NCBI GenBank assembly: GCA_946998225.1
Contig: CAMPYH010000002.1
Span: 31,163-95,162, forward strand
Source: an uncultured Clostridiaceae bacterium
Lineage (GTDB): Bacteria; Bacillota; Clostridia; TANB77; CAG-508
Length of the DNA stretch: 64,000 bases
Direction: 5' to 3'
Positions 39,854 through 49,980 of the stretch are shown piece by piece (the first letter of the stretch is position 1; each line of letters begins with the position of its first letter). The position numbers and the translations under genes were made by a program. The notes beneath the pieces are model-generated. The model did not search any database, had not been told where the DNA came from, and saw only the letters and a list, made by a program, of their open reading frames with translations.

Positions 39854-41852
39854 ATTTAGATATCTTAATTTGTTCTTCTATTTTTAAACTATCTAAATTA
39901 TTTGTTTTTTCTTGTTTTATATTTATATTATCTATTATATTTTGATTTAAATTATTTTCTTCATCTCTTTTTTTATTAATCTTTTCTATATCTTTTACTA
40001 AGTTTTTATATATGTCTATATCTATATTTAAACCTTTTAAATCTAAACTAGATATATTTCCTTCTTTTATATTTAGTATATTATTTTTATCTTTAACTTT
40101 TTCTTTTTCCTCTTCTTTTATATCTTTAAATCTTAAATATGTATTATACCAAATATATTCTGAATAAGTTTTATCTGTATTTAAGAACTCTTTAAATATC
40201 TTAAACTTTTCTTCGGCTTTTTCCTCATTTATTTCATGCATTACATTATTAAGATATTTTGGATTAACTTCAGATATAGTTTTTAATATATATATTTTAA
40301 ATATATCTGGTAAAGATAATTCTTTTAAATCTAATGTTTTATATATATTTAAAACTATCTTATATACATATAGCTGAAGTGTATTAAGATCATTAAGTGA
40401 CTTTTGATCTTTTATACCTATTAGTATATTTTCTTTATCTAATTTAATATGTCCAATTACTATAGCAGTATTTTCTTTACTAGACTTTATATCTTCATCT
40501 ATTAATATTATTGGAAATTCATATTCTTTTAAATTTCTCTTTTTAACAAGAGTATTTAATTCTTCAGATTTAATTATTTCATCATCTATTTTATATATAT
40601 TAAAGTCATATACCTTGTTTCCTTTTTTAGTTCCAATGTTTATATATTTATTATATGTAAATGTTCTAAATATTAGTGAATTTATATTTACTGGTATATT
40701 TTTGTTTTTCTTTCTATTTTCTAAAAATTCATTATATTCATTTTTAGATATTAGTTTACTTGTAAGTATATCATCTACCTTTTGATCTATTGAGATATTT
40801 TTAATAATATTACTGTTTTCAAGTATTAAGCTATATATGCTAAAGAAGTTAATTAAATATTTTTTCTCATCTTCATCTATTTCTATATTTATTGAATCAT
40901 TTAATCCTTTAAATACATCATCTATTGTTTGCTTTTTATCTTCTTTGTTTAAAATAACTGGAGATAAAACATTATATAGATACTCTTTATTTATCTTTTC
41001 ATCATTTTTAGTTTTAATAAATGGTATGTATTTTTTAATCTCATCAAGCCAGCTTTTACTTTTTAATTTTTCTTTATATTTATTATTTAATTCAGGATCT
41101 ATATTATCTTTTCCGTTTAAAAATCCTCTATCTAATTCATTTAATAAAAATATATATGCTAAAAAGTCTTCTTCTTTTGAATAATCGTTTACAAAATTTA
41201 ATGAATTAAGTACTCCTCCAAGTATATCTATATCAAAGATATGTGTTTTGTCTTCTTCAAGAAGAATGCATCTATATTCAAAATTTCCCATATATGTAAT
41301 TTCTGCTTTTGAATTTAGATATATTTCATAAGCTTTTTTTAATGTAGGAATAGATATATCTTTTAAATTAAGACTTTGTATTAATATTTTTGAAATAGAT
41401 TTTTTATATATTTTATTTGCTTCATCATCTATCTCACTTTTATTAAATATTTGATTATATTTTAAAAATATATTAATTATTTCTTTTATCTCTTCTTTGT
41501 ATTCATACATAGATTTAAATACTACTACTTTTTCGTCTTCAAGAAGTATACTTAATGTAAAGTTCGAAAACTCTTCGTTTACATTTTGTTTTTCTATCTT
41601 TTGAACAAGCTTTTTTTCTTTTATGTATTTAAGTATCTTATCTTTTTCTTTTATATTAGATTCATATTCCTTAAAACCCATATTTAAAACTTCTTTTTGC
41701 ATATTTAATAAATAGTTTATTCCATTTAAATATAGCGGGAAAAGTTCACTTTTATATTTATATGTATAGATTCCTTTTTCAAAGTCTATTACTAGATTTT
41801 CTAGTATATTGATATTGTCATAAAGTGTAAAATTTATTTTTTTAATATCCAT
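39840..41852 (-). CDS. Hypothetical protein (670 aa), no recognised domain
   Basis: Long ORF tightly packed between the rnhA and smpB-side genes (14-nt overlap with rnhA); K/N/I-rich. Confidence 0.5.
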   Translation of the reverse strand: MDIKKINFTLYDNINILENLVIDFEKGIYTYKYKSELFPLYLNGINYLLNMQKEVLNMGFKEYESNIKEKDKILKYIKEKKLVQKIEKQNVNEEFSNFTLSILLEDEKVVVFKSMYEYKEEIKEIINIFLKYNQIFNKSEIDDEANKIYKKSISKILIQSLNLKDISIPTLKKAYEIYLNSKAEITYMGNFEYRCILLEEDKTHIFDIDILGGVLNSLNFVNDYSKEEDFLAYIFLLNELDRGFLNGKDNIDPELNNKYKEKLKSKSWLDEIKKYIPFIKTKNDEKINKEYLYNVLSPVILNKEDKKQTIDDVFKGLNDSINIEIDEDEKKYLINFFSIYSLILENSNIIKNISIDQKVDDILTSKLISKNEYNEFLENRKKNKNIPVNINSLIFRTFTYNKYINIGTKKGNKVYDFNIYKIDDEIIKSEELNTLVKKRNLKEYEFPIILIDEDIKSSKENTAIVIGHIKLDKENILIGIKDQKSLNDLNTLQLYVYKIVLNIYKTLDLKELSLPDIFKIYILKTISEVNPKYLNNVMHEINEEKAEEKFKIFKEFLNTDKTYSEYIWYNTYLRFKDIKEEEKEKVKDKNNILNIKEGNISSLDLKGLNIDIDIYKNLVKDIEKINKKRDEENNLNQNIIDNINIKQEKTNNLDSLKIEEQIKISKYGKN

Positions 41853-41855
41853 AAA

Positions 41856-43040
41856 TTATCTTCCTCTCATAATTAAAATCTGAAGTGCTTTTTTAAATGT
41901 TCCATCTAATATCTCTCCAGATATTACTCCATCATGGTTTTTTTCTCTTTTATTTATATCTTCTAAATATTTAAGTATATCTTTTGTTTTAATATGCAGT
42001 GTATTTTTAGAATTTATATCATCTAATTTATCTAATTCAGATTTAATATATTTATATATATTAATATCTTTATTTTGTAGTGATATTATTTTTTCATCTT
42101 CCGGTCTAAAGGAGTTGTATTTATGTAGTTTATCAAAGATGTTTGTTATTTCTCTTCCATATACAGGATACAGTCCATTATTATCTCTTTTTCTATCTTG
42201 CCATTTTACTGAGTCTTTAGATATATTAAGTACATCTTTTTTAAGGAAATTATATGTATTATAATATGAACCCTTCATGTATTTTTTAATATATAAATAT
42301 TCATCATCATGTTTTGTAAGTATTATTACTTCATTTAATATGTTCTTGTTTTCTTTTACAAATTCCATTACTTCATTTATAAATATATCTAAAGCAGTTT
42401 CAATATCCCAAAGATTTTGTCTCATTCTAATATTAGGTATAACTATCTTTTTAATATCTTTTTCTTTAACAAGTTTAAATATATTTTTATATATATTTCT
42501 TAATATATTTTTATCTTCATATGAAGGCCACTTTTTGCCATTTAAATCTGGTGTAGATATAAATGCTATATATTTACCTGAATGTTTATCTGTAGATACA
42601 ATAAATGCTTCATCTTCTCTTAAAAAGCTTTTATTTTCTTTTACTTTTTGGTATTCATCTATACCATAATATTCAAAAAAGTCCATTTCCAAAAATGCAT
42701 CTGGGAAAAATGTATTTGATGTATCCCAAATTACCATATCTGAATATATATCTGAAATCTTTTTATTATATTCAACAGTTATATAAAAATCTAAATCTTT
42801 AAAAGAGTTTTCTTTTTCATTATTTTTAGAAAATATATTTTTATTATTTTTTTCCATTTGAATATCTTTCGTATCATCTCTTTTGATTTTTAAGATATTA
42901 CTTTTGTTTATAAGCTGTACTTTTTTGTCTTGATCTTTAGCTTTAGCTTTTGCTTTTAATTCTCTTTCTTCTTTTATCTTATTTTTATTTTTTCTAATTT
43001 GCTTTCTATCTTTTTTATCTTTTGGATTATATCTTTTCAT
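41856..43040 (-). CDS. Hypothetical protein (394 aa); weak macro-domain-like central region
   Basis: Basic N-terminus. The central segment SDMVIWDTSNTFF...EAFIVSTDKHSGKYIAFISTP...KKIVIPNI loosely resembles the macro-domain order of elements but lacks the GGG loop. Its start codon overlaps the smpB stop. Confidence 0.45.
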   Translation of the reverse strand: MKRYNPKDKKDRKQIRKNKNKIKEERELKAKAKAKDQDKKVQLINKSNILKIKRDDTKDIQMEKNNKNIFSKNNEKENSFKDLDFYITVEYNKKISDIYSDMVIWDTSNTFFPDAFLEMDFFEYYGIDEYQKVKENKSFLREDEAFIVSTDKHSGKYIAFISTPDLNGKKWPSYEDKNILRNIYKNIFKLVKEKDIKKIVIPNIRMRQNLWDIETALDIFINEVMEFVKENKNILNEVIILTKHDDEYLYIKKYMKGSYYNTYNFLKKDVLNISKDSVKWQDRKRDNNGLYPVYGREITNIFDKLHKYNSFRPEDEKIISLQNKDINIYKYIKSELDKLDDINSKNTLHIKTKDILKYLEDINKREKNHDGVISGEILDGTFKKALQILIMRGR

Positions 43041-43528
43041 TAAAACCTCTTTTTAATTCTATCTAATTTTCTCTTAACATCTCTTTTTGCCATATCTTCT
43101 CTTTTATCATAGAGCTTTTTACCTTTACCAAGTCCCATTAATATTTTTACATTACTTCCTTTAAAATATAGCTTAATTGGAATAAAACTTAATCCTTTTT
43201 GTTTTATTAAATTTTCTATTTTAATTATTTCTCTTTTATTTAAAAGAAGCTTTCTGTTTCTTGTAGGTTCTGGGTTAAACATTCCATTTTCATATGGTTT
43301 TATATACATATTTAAAATATATACTTCAAAGTTTTTAATCATGCCATAAGAATCTTTTAAAGAAGTATTTCCACTTCTTATACTTTTAATTTCAGATCCT
43401 TTAAGAACTATTCCGCATTCTATTTCTTCTAATATATCATAATTTCTATATGCATCAGAGTTTTTAATATCTTTTGGTTTTTTATCTTTACTACTCATAA
43501 TATTTGTCCTTTGGTTTAGGCATTCCAT
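43040..43528 (-). CDS. smpB: SsrA-binding protein SmpB
   Basis: 162 aa; KGSEIKSIRSG, KPYE and the basic C-terminal tail are typical of SmpB. Confidence 0.9.
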   Translation of the reverse strand: MECLNQRTNIMSSKDKKPKDIKNSDAYRNYDILEEIECGIVLKGSEIKSIRSGNTSLKDSYGMIKNFEVYILNMYIKPYENGMFNPEPTRNRKLLLNKREIIKIENLIKQKGLSFIPIKLYFKGSNVKILMGLGKGKKLYDKREDMAKRDVKRKLDRIKKRF

Positions 43529-43781
43529 ATGTTCTTATATATTCATTTATGATATCTGCCGCTTTATTTAATGAATTTATCTTTACTATAATTGCAATTG
43601 CTAAAAATATTAAAGCTACAGCAAGTGATATACATACAATTATTATAATTGCTGTTATATCTTTACTTCCGTCTGCAAATGCTGCGCTTTCTATTGCAAA
43701 TATTTTTTCGTTTAAAAATACTAATATACTTATTAAAATTACAATTACTTTTAATACTTTATTTTTAATATTACTCATCAT
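43491..43781 (-). CDS. Small membrane protein (96 aa), uncertain
   Basis: Two hydrophobic helices; overlaps the smpB 5' end by 38 nt. Confidence 0.35.
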   Translation of the reverse strand: MMSNIKNKVLKVIVILISILVFLNEKIFAIESAAFADGSKDITAIIIIVCISLAVALIFLAIAIIVKINSLNKAADIINEYIRTYGMPKPKDKYYE

Positions 43782-43790
43782 CTCTCCTTA

Positions 43791-44420
43791 TTATATCTTA
43801 CCTAATAATATACTTTTTATTTCATTTAATATTGGTTTTTGAAGTTTGTCTAATTTGTCTCCTTTAAATGCTGATGAATATACAAAGATTGGACTAAATG
43901 AAATTCCAAGTACTTTTTTAATTTCTTCTAAATTTTTATCTATCTCTTTTTGTTTTAATTTATCTGCTTTATTTAATATTATTATAAATGGTATATTAGA
44001 TCTTTTAATGAAATCAAACATATGTATATCTTTTTCTGTAGGCATATGTCTTATATCTAATATATGGATTATTAATGAAATATTATGTCTATTTACAAGA
44101 TAATGATTTATCCTATTAGATATTTCTGTTTCTTCCATTTTACTCATCTTGCTATATCCATATCCAGGAAGATCTACTATATATGCTTTTTTATCTAGAT
44201 TATAAAAGTTTAATTGTCTAGTTTTTCCTGGAGTATTGCTTGTCTTTGCTAGTTTTTTTCTTTTAAATATAGAGTTAATAAAAGAAGATTTACCTACATT
44301 AGATTTACCAGCAAGTACTATCTCGTAGTCTAGTGGGTCTGGAAGACCACTTAAATTAGATACAGATCTTTCAAATTCTATATTGTTTAAATTTATGTCT
44401 ATTATTTCATCTTTTTCCAT
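43791..44420 (-). CDS. engB: Ribosome biogenesis GTP-binding protein EngB/YsxC
   Basis: G1 AGKSNVGKSS, G3 DLPGYG, G4 NKADK; 209 aa. Confidence 0.9.
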   Translation of the reverse strand: MEKDEIIDINLNNIEFERSVSNLSGLPDPLDYEIVLAGKSNVGKSSFINSIFKRKKLAKTSNTPGKTRQLNFYNLDKKAYIVDLPGYGYSKMSKMEETEISNRINHYLVNRHNISLIIHILDIRHMPTEKDIHMFDFIKRSNIPFIIILNKADKLKQKEIDKNLEEIKKVLGISFSPIFVYSSAFKGDKLDKLQKPILNEIKSILLGKI

Positions 44421-44542
44421 ACAAATTATTCCTTCTATTTTATATCTTTTATTATACTATTTTTTATATAATATTTCATCTCTTATTTAGATATAAAAGA
44501 AAAAGAGTAATTTAAATTAATTACTCTTTTCATTTTAATATA

Positions 44543-45835
44543 TTATTTATTTTTATTTGGAATTAATTTTTCCATTCCACCTACATATGGTCTTAATGCT
44601 TTTGGTATATTAATACTTCCATCTTCATTATAATTGTTTTCAATTAAAGCAATAAGCATTCTAGGTGTTGCAACAACTGTATTATTTAAAGTATGTGCTA
44701 AATAGTTTTTATCTTCACCTTTAATTCTAATACCAAGTCTTCTACTTTGAGCATCTGTTAAATTTGAACAGCTTCCTACTTCAAAATATTTCTTTTGTCT
44801 TGGACTCCATGCTTCAACATCACAGCTTTTAGCTTTAAGATCTGTAAGATCTCCAGAACAGCACTCAAGTGTTCTTACAGGTATATCTAATGATCTAAAG
44901 AATTCTACAGTATAGCTCCAGAATTTATCATACCAATCCCAGCTATCTTCTGGTTCACATATACAAATCATTTCTTGTTTTTCAAATTGATGAACTCTAT
45001 ATAGTCCTCTTTCTTCTATACCATGTGCTCCTTTTTCTTTTCTAAAACATGGAGAATAAGATGTCATTGTTATTGGAAGTGATTCTTTTTTAATTAATTC
45101 ATCTTTAAATCTTCCTATCATTGTATGTTCACTTGTTCCAATTAAATATAGATCTTCACCTTCAATTTTATACATCATTGCATCCATTTCTTCAAAGCTC
45201 ATAACTCCATTTACAACATCTGCTCTCATCATAAATGGTGGAATTGAATAAATGAATCCTTTGTTTATCATAAAGTCTCTAGCATATGCTAAAACTCCAG
45301 AATGAAGTCTTGCAATATCTCCATCAAGATAATAAAAACCTTCTCCAGCTACTCTTCTTGATGCATCAAAGTCTACTCCTTTAAATGTATCTATTATTTC
45401 AGAATGATATGGTATTTCATAATCTGGAACAAATGGATCACCAAATTTTTCAACTTCAACATTTTCTGTATCATTTTTACCAACTGGTACATCATCTCTC
45501 ATAATATTTGGTATTTTCATCATTATTTCAGTAATTTGTTCTGCTAAAACTTTATCTTGTTCTTCTAAGTCTTTAAGTGCATTATTTACACTACTTACTT
45601 CCTCTTTTATTTTTTCAGCTTCATCTTTTTTACCCATACCAATTAATTTTCCAATTTCTTGGCTTTTATCGTTTCTTTCTTTTCTTAAAGCTTCTAGTTC
45701 TTTAAGATTTTCTTTATATCTATCATCTAGATTTATTACTTCATCAACTAGTGGAAGCTTTTCATCTTGGAATTTTTTCTTTATATTTTCTTTTACCTTA
45801 TCCGGGTTTGCTTTTAAAAATTTAATATCTATCAT
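44543..45835 (-). CDS. serS: Seryl-tRNA synthetase
   Basis: N-terminal coiled-coil arm; class II motifs (FRKE...GLYRVHQFEKQE; GSCSNLTDAQSRR); 430 aa. Confidence 0.95.
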   Translation of the reverse strand: MIDIKFLKANPDKVKENIKKKFQDEKLPLVDEVINLDDRYKENLKELEALRKERNDKSQEIGKLIGMGKKDEAEKIKEEVSSVNNALKDLEEQDKVLAEQITEIMMKIPNIMRDDVPVGKNDTENVEVEKFGDPFVPDYEIPYHSEIIDTFKGVDFDASRRVAGEGFYYLDGDIARLHSGVLAYARDFMINKGFIYSIPPFMMRADVVNGVMSFEEMDAMMYKIEGEDLYLIGTSEHTMIGRFKDELIKKESLPITMTSYSPCFRKEKGAHGIEERGLYRVHQFEKQEMICICEPEDSWDWYDKFWSYTVEFFRSLDIPVRTLECCSGDLTDLKAKSCDVEAWSPRQKKYFEVGSCSNLTDAQSRRLGIRIKGEDKNYLAHTLNNTVVATPRMLIALIENNYNEDGSINIPKALRPYVGGMEKLIPNKNK

Positions 45836-45871
45836 AATCTAACCTATCCTATCATTATATTTTTAATCTAC

Positions 45872-47566
45872 TTATAGATTAATAAACTTATCTACTCTTT
45901 TTGTAGTTTCATCTTTTTTAAGTACTTTAATTATTTCATATAAATCTGGGGTTCTCGACTTTCCAGTAAGTACTACACGTATATATCCCGACACATCTCC
46001 AACATGACCTTTATATGCTTCTTTGTTTTTCTTAAATTCTTTTATCTCTTTTGCATATCCAAATTCAAAAGATAATTCTTTTATTTTATTAAACCATGTT
46101 TCTTTATCGTTATTAAAATCTAAGTATTTATCTATATATGTTTTAACGATATTTTCTATTTCAGATTTTTTCTCTTTACTTAATTCTTCTTTAAATTCAT
46201 AATCTTCTATTGTCTTAACATTTTTTTCAAATTCATCAGGATACATATATATAATCGAGTCTTTTACATCAGACCATTTAGCTATATCTTTTCTTCTTCC
46301 ACTTTCTCTTTCAATGTTTAATATTTCAAGTGAATACTCTTTATTATTATTTAATAAATCATATAGCTCTTTATCATAAATGGATGCCCATTTTAATGTA
46401 TAATTATATACTTCTTCTTTATTTAATCTAGCTACAATATCTTTAGATACATTTAAAAGTTTTGTCATATCAAATAAAGCACCAGATACATTCATCTTAG
46501 TTATATCGATTTTAAATTCTGAAAGAGGTTTATCTTCATTTTCTTTTCTCCACATTTCAAAACTTGGATTAATAATATTATATAAATATTCTTTAACTGC
46601 ATCTACAGGAATACCTTCCTCTTTGTAATATGAAGCGGCAGATTCTGGATCTTTTCTTTTACTTAATTTTCTTCTATTACCATTATCTAGTTTTAAAAGA
46701 GGTGCAACATGTGCATATTTTAATCTTTCAAATCCTAATACATCAAAAAGTTGTAAATGTAGCGGCACAGATGGAAGCCATTCATCTGATCTTGTAATCA
46801 TAGTAACGCCCATAAAATGATCGTCGATTGCATGTGCAAAGTGGTATGTTGGTAGTCCATCTTTTTTAATAATAACTATATCTAAAATATTTTCTGGAAA
46901 TTCAACTTTTCCTTTAATTAAATCATTATGTACTATCTTTTTATCCATTTGACCAGGGCTTTTAAGTCTAATTACAGGCTCTAGTCCTTCTTCCATTAAT
47001 TTTATAGCTTCATCTACGTCCATGTCTCTGTATTTTGCCCATCTACCATAAATTCCAATAGGTTCCTTGTTTACAGCTTGAAGAGCTCTTACTTCATTCA
47101 TCTCATCTTCCGTCATAAAGCAAGGATAAGCAAGACCTTCTGAAAGTAATTTTTTAGCAAAAGCCTCATAAATTTCTTTTCTTTTACTTTGTATATATGT
47201 ACCATAATTTCCTTTTTCAGAAATTTCACCATCTTTAAAATCTAATGGACCTTCATCTGGAAATATATTAAAATCTTTTAATGAATTAATTATTTCTTCA
47301 ATACCATCTTCTACTTCTCTTTTTTGATCTGTATCTTCAATTCTTAATATAAATACACCGTCTGTTTCTTTTGCAATCTTTTCACTAATTATTGCTGTAT
47401 AAAGTCCACCAATGTGAATAAAGCCTGTAGGGCTTGGTGCAAATCTTGTAACTTCAGATCCTTCTTTTAATTCTCTTTTAGGATATTTTAATACATATTC
47501 TTCCCAGTTTTTAGCATTAGGGAAAATATATTCTGCTAATCTTTTAAAATCTTCTTTAGTATTCAT
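45872..47566 (-). CDS. gltX: Glutamyl-tRNA synthetase (long form)
   Basis: RFAPSPTGFIHIGG (HIGH) and KLSKRK (KMSKS). The 564-aa length includes a C-terminal anticodon-binding extension. Only 36 nt separate it from serS. Confidence 0.85.
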   Translation of the reverse strand: MNTKEDFKRLAEYIFPNAKNWEEYVLKYPKRELKEGSEVTRFAPSPTGFIHIGGLYTAIISEKIAKETDGVFILRIEDTDQKREVEDGIEEIINSLKDFNIFPDEGPLDFKDGEISEKGNYGTYIQSKRKEIYEAFAKKLLSEGLAYPCFMTEDEMNEVRALQAVNKEPIGIYGRWAKYRDMDVDEAIKLMEEGLEPVIRLKSPGQMDKKIVHNDLIKGKVEFPENILDIVIIKKDGLPTYHFAHAIDDHFMGVTMITRSDEWLPSVPLHLQLFDVLGFERLKYAHVAPLLKLDNGNRRKLSKRKDPESAASYYKEEGIPVDAVKEYLYNIINPSFEMWRKENEDKPLSEFKIDITKMNVSGALFDMTKLLNVSKDIVARLNKEEVYNYTLKWASIYDKELYDLLNNNKEYSLEILNIERESGRRKDIAKWSDVKDSIIYMYPDEFEKNVKTIEDYEFKEELSKEKKSEIENIVKTYIDKYLDFNNDKETWFNKIKELSFEFGYAKEIKEFKKNKEAYKGHVGDVSGYIRVVLTGKSRTPDLYEIIKVLKKDETTKRVDKFINL

Positions 47567-47768
47567 TTTTTCTCCTTAAATTTATATAAGTATATATTAT
47601 TTGAAGCTTTTATTCAATTAAATGCATTAAATACAAGTTTTTTTACTTTAATTAAATATTTATAAAACAAAAAATCATTCCAAATAAATAAACAATAAAA
47701 AAATAGATTAATAATAAAAGATTTAATGTATAAAAACAAATTAATAGAAAATAAAATTAATGATAAAA

Positions 47769-47799
47769 GAAAAGTTAAAAAATTAACTTTTCTTTTTTT
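47769..47799. terminator. Hairpin/T-run terminator between rnj and gltX
   Basis: gaaaagttaa / ttaacttttc hairpin with T-runs on both strands. Confidence 0.5.
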
Positions 47800-47859
47800 C
47801 ATTATATTTAATGTTCATATTAATATTAATAATTGTATAAATTAATTTCATTTATAATA

Positions 47860-49782
47860 CTAAATCTCAACTATTACAGGTATTATCATTGGATCTCTTT
47901 TAGTTATTCTATAAACATGTCTTGTAAGACCTGATCTAATTGCAGATTTAATATCGTTCCAATCAGATGTTTTAACACTTTTAAATTTTTCTATAGTTAT
48001 TTCTTTTAGTTCATCTAAAAGTTCAGTAGAGTCTTTTGTATAAACAAATCCTCTTGTAATTATATCTGGTGTGTCTTGAAGTTCACCTGTGTTTGAGTCT
48101 AATTGAAGTATCGCAATTATTAGTCCATCTTGAGATAAGTGTTGTCTGTCTCTTAATATTATGTTTCCTACATCACCTATTCCAAGTCCATCAACAAATA
48201 TTTTTCCAGTTTTTACTTTTTCGTTTGCAACATGTGCTTCGTCTTTAGTAAATTCTAGAATATTTCCATTTTCTAAAACTATAATATTGTCTTCTGTATA
48301 ACCAATTTCTTTAGCATTTTTTCTGTGTGCATAAAGATGTCTTGTGTTTCCATGTACTGGAACAAAGTATTTAGGTTTTGCAAGTGTTATCATTAATTTT
48401 TGTTCTTCTTTACAAGCATGTCCTGAAACATGAACATGTTCCATACCTGAGTATATAACTTCTACGTTTTTCTTTAATAGACTATCTATTAATTTAGTAA
48501 CACTTGGTTCATTACCTGGTATTGGTGTTGCAGATAAAAGTATTAAATCATTTGGTTTAAGTTTTATTTGTGCATGGCTTCCTGTTGCAATTCTTGTAAG
48601 TGCAGACATAGGTTCACCTTGACTACCCGTTGTAAGTATTATTAATTGTTCATCTGGATAATTATCTATTTCAGTTAAATCTATAAATGTACTTTTTGGA
48701 GGATTAATGTATTTTAAATTAATACTTGCATTAATTGCATTATCCATTGATCTTCCAGATATTGCTACTTTTTTACCATATTTTTCTGCAAGTTTTATTA
48801 TTTGGTAAATTCTACTTACATTTGATGCAAATTGTGCAATAATTATTCTTTTATCTGTTCTTTTAATATATTTTTCAAGAGTTTTTGCAACTGTGCTTTC
48901 AGATAATGTAAATCCTTCTTTTTCTGAGTTTGTACTATCTGAGAAAAGTGCAACTACACCTTCATTACCTATTTCTGCAATTCTTCCTAGGTTTATATAA
49001 CTATTGTCTACAGGAGACATATCTATTTTAAAATCTCCAGTATGTAAAAAGTTTCCTAAAGGTGTTTTTATATTTATCATACAAGCATCAGGGATGCTGT
49101 GTGTTGATGATATAAATTCTATGGACATCTTTCCTGTGTTTATTACCTCACCTGGTGTTACTATATGTAAATCTGCTTGATCTAATAATTTATGTTCTTT
49201 TAATTTACTTTTTATAAGCTCCATTGTAAAAGGTGTTGCATAAACAGGAATATTAACTTCTTTTAAAAGATATGGTATACCACCTATATGGTCTTCATGA
49301 CCGTGTGTTATAAATAATCCTTTTATCTTGTCTTGATTTTTAATTATAAAATCAAAATTAGGTATAACAACATCTATTCCTAGCATGTCTTCTTCAGGGA
49401 ATGACATGCCACAATCTAGTACTATCATTTCTCCATCAAAGTCAAATACATTTATATTCTTTCCTATCTCATCAAGTCCACCTAATGGGATAAATCTCAT
49501 TTTAAAGTTTTCATCTTTTATTTTTTCATTAAACTGTGTTTTTGTTTTTATTTTATTTTTATTTTCTTTTTTGTTTTTTATATTGTTTTTAATATTAATT
49601 CTTATTTTGTTTTTTGTTTTAACATTTAAATCAGTAGTATTACTGTTTGTAATACCTGCTTTATTATTATTTTTAATTTCTTTTTTATTATCTCTTTTTT
49701 TGTTTTCTTTTTGTGTTTTTAAATTTTTCTTCACATTTGTGTTTGTTTCTTTCATATATTTCTCTCTTTCTAAAACAAACAC
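47860..49782 (-). CDS. rnj: Ribonuclease J (metallo-beta-lactamase/beta-CASP RNase) with an about 90-aa K/N-rich N-terminal extension
   Basis: HGHEDHIGG zinc motif and the beta-CASP region. 640 aa against a typical about 555. Confidence 0.9.
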   Translation of the reverse strand: MFVLEREKYMKETNTNVKKNLKTQKENKKRDNKKEIKNNNKAGITNSNTTDLNVKTKNKIRINIKNNIKNKKENKNKIKTKTQFNEKIKDENFKMRFIPLGGLDEIGKNINVFDFDGEMIVLDCGMSFPEEDMLGIDVVIPNFDFIIKNQDKIKGLFITHGHEDHIGGIPYLLKEVNIPVYATPFTMELIKSKLKEHKLLDQADLHIVTPGEVINTGKMSIEFISSTHSIPDACMINIKTPLGNFLHTGDFKIDMSPVDNSYINLGRIAEIGNEGVVALFSDSTNSEKEGFTLSESTVAKTLEKYIKRTDKRIIIAQFASNVSRIYQIIKLAEKYGKKVAISGRSMDNAINASINLKYINPPKSTFIDLTEIDNYPDEQLIILTTGSQGEPMSALTRIATGSHAQIKLKPNDLILLSATPIPGNEPSVTKLIDSLLKKNVEVIYSGMEHVHVSGHACKEEQKLMITLAKPKYFVPVHGNTRHLYAHRKNAKEIGYTEDNIIVLENGNILEFTKDEAHVANEKVKTGKIFVDGLGIGDVGNIILRDRQHLSQDGLIIAILQLDSNTGELQDTPDIITRGFVYTKDSTELLDELKEITIEKFKSVKTSDWNDIKSAIRSGLTRHVYRITKRDPMIIPVIVEI

Positions 49783-49950
49783 AGTTTAATTTATATTTAT
49801 TAATTAGATTATTATTTCCCTGACATCTAATTATTTAAATCCATAATATAAAGTATTTATTTATACCTAAAGTATAATATTCTATCTCTTAAACGATACA
49901 TGAATATTATATCTAGTATACATATTAAATGCAAGGAATATTAAATTTAA

Positions 49951-49976
49951 AAAGAAATCCAAAACGGATTTCTTTC
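49951..49976 (-). terminator. Rho-independent terminator directly after the giant adhesin gene
   Basis: On the minus strand: agaaagaaatccg tttt ggatttcttt followed by uuuuaaauuu. Confidence 0.6.
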
Positions 49977-49980
49977 TAAA

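Noticed and set aside
47614-47802. 62-aa hydrophobic ORF between rnj and gltX
   Set aside because: It overlaps the terminator hairpin and AT-rich promoter region and has no RBS. It is likely a non-coding leader or spacer.
47567-47859. T-box riboswitch upstream of gltX-serS
   Set aside because: There is no T-box consensus (AATTAGGGTGGNACCGCG or its complement) and no GC-rich antiterminator in the 293-nt leader. The region is more than 85% A+T.
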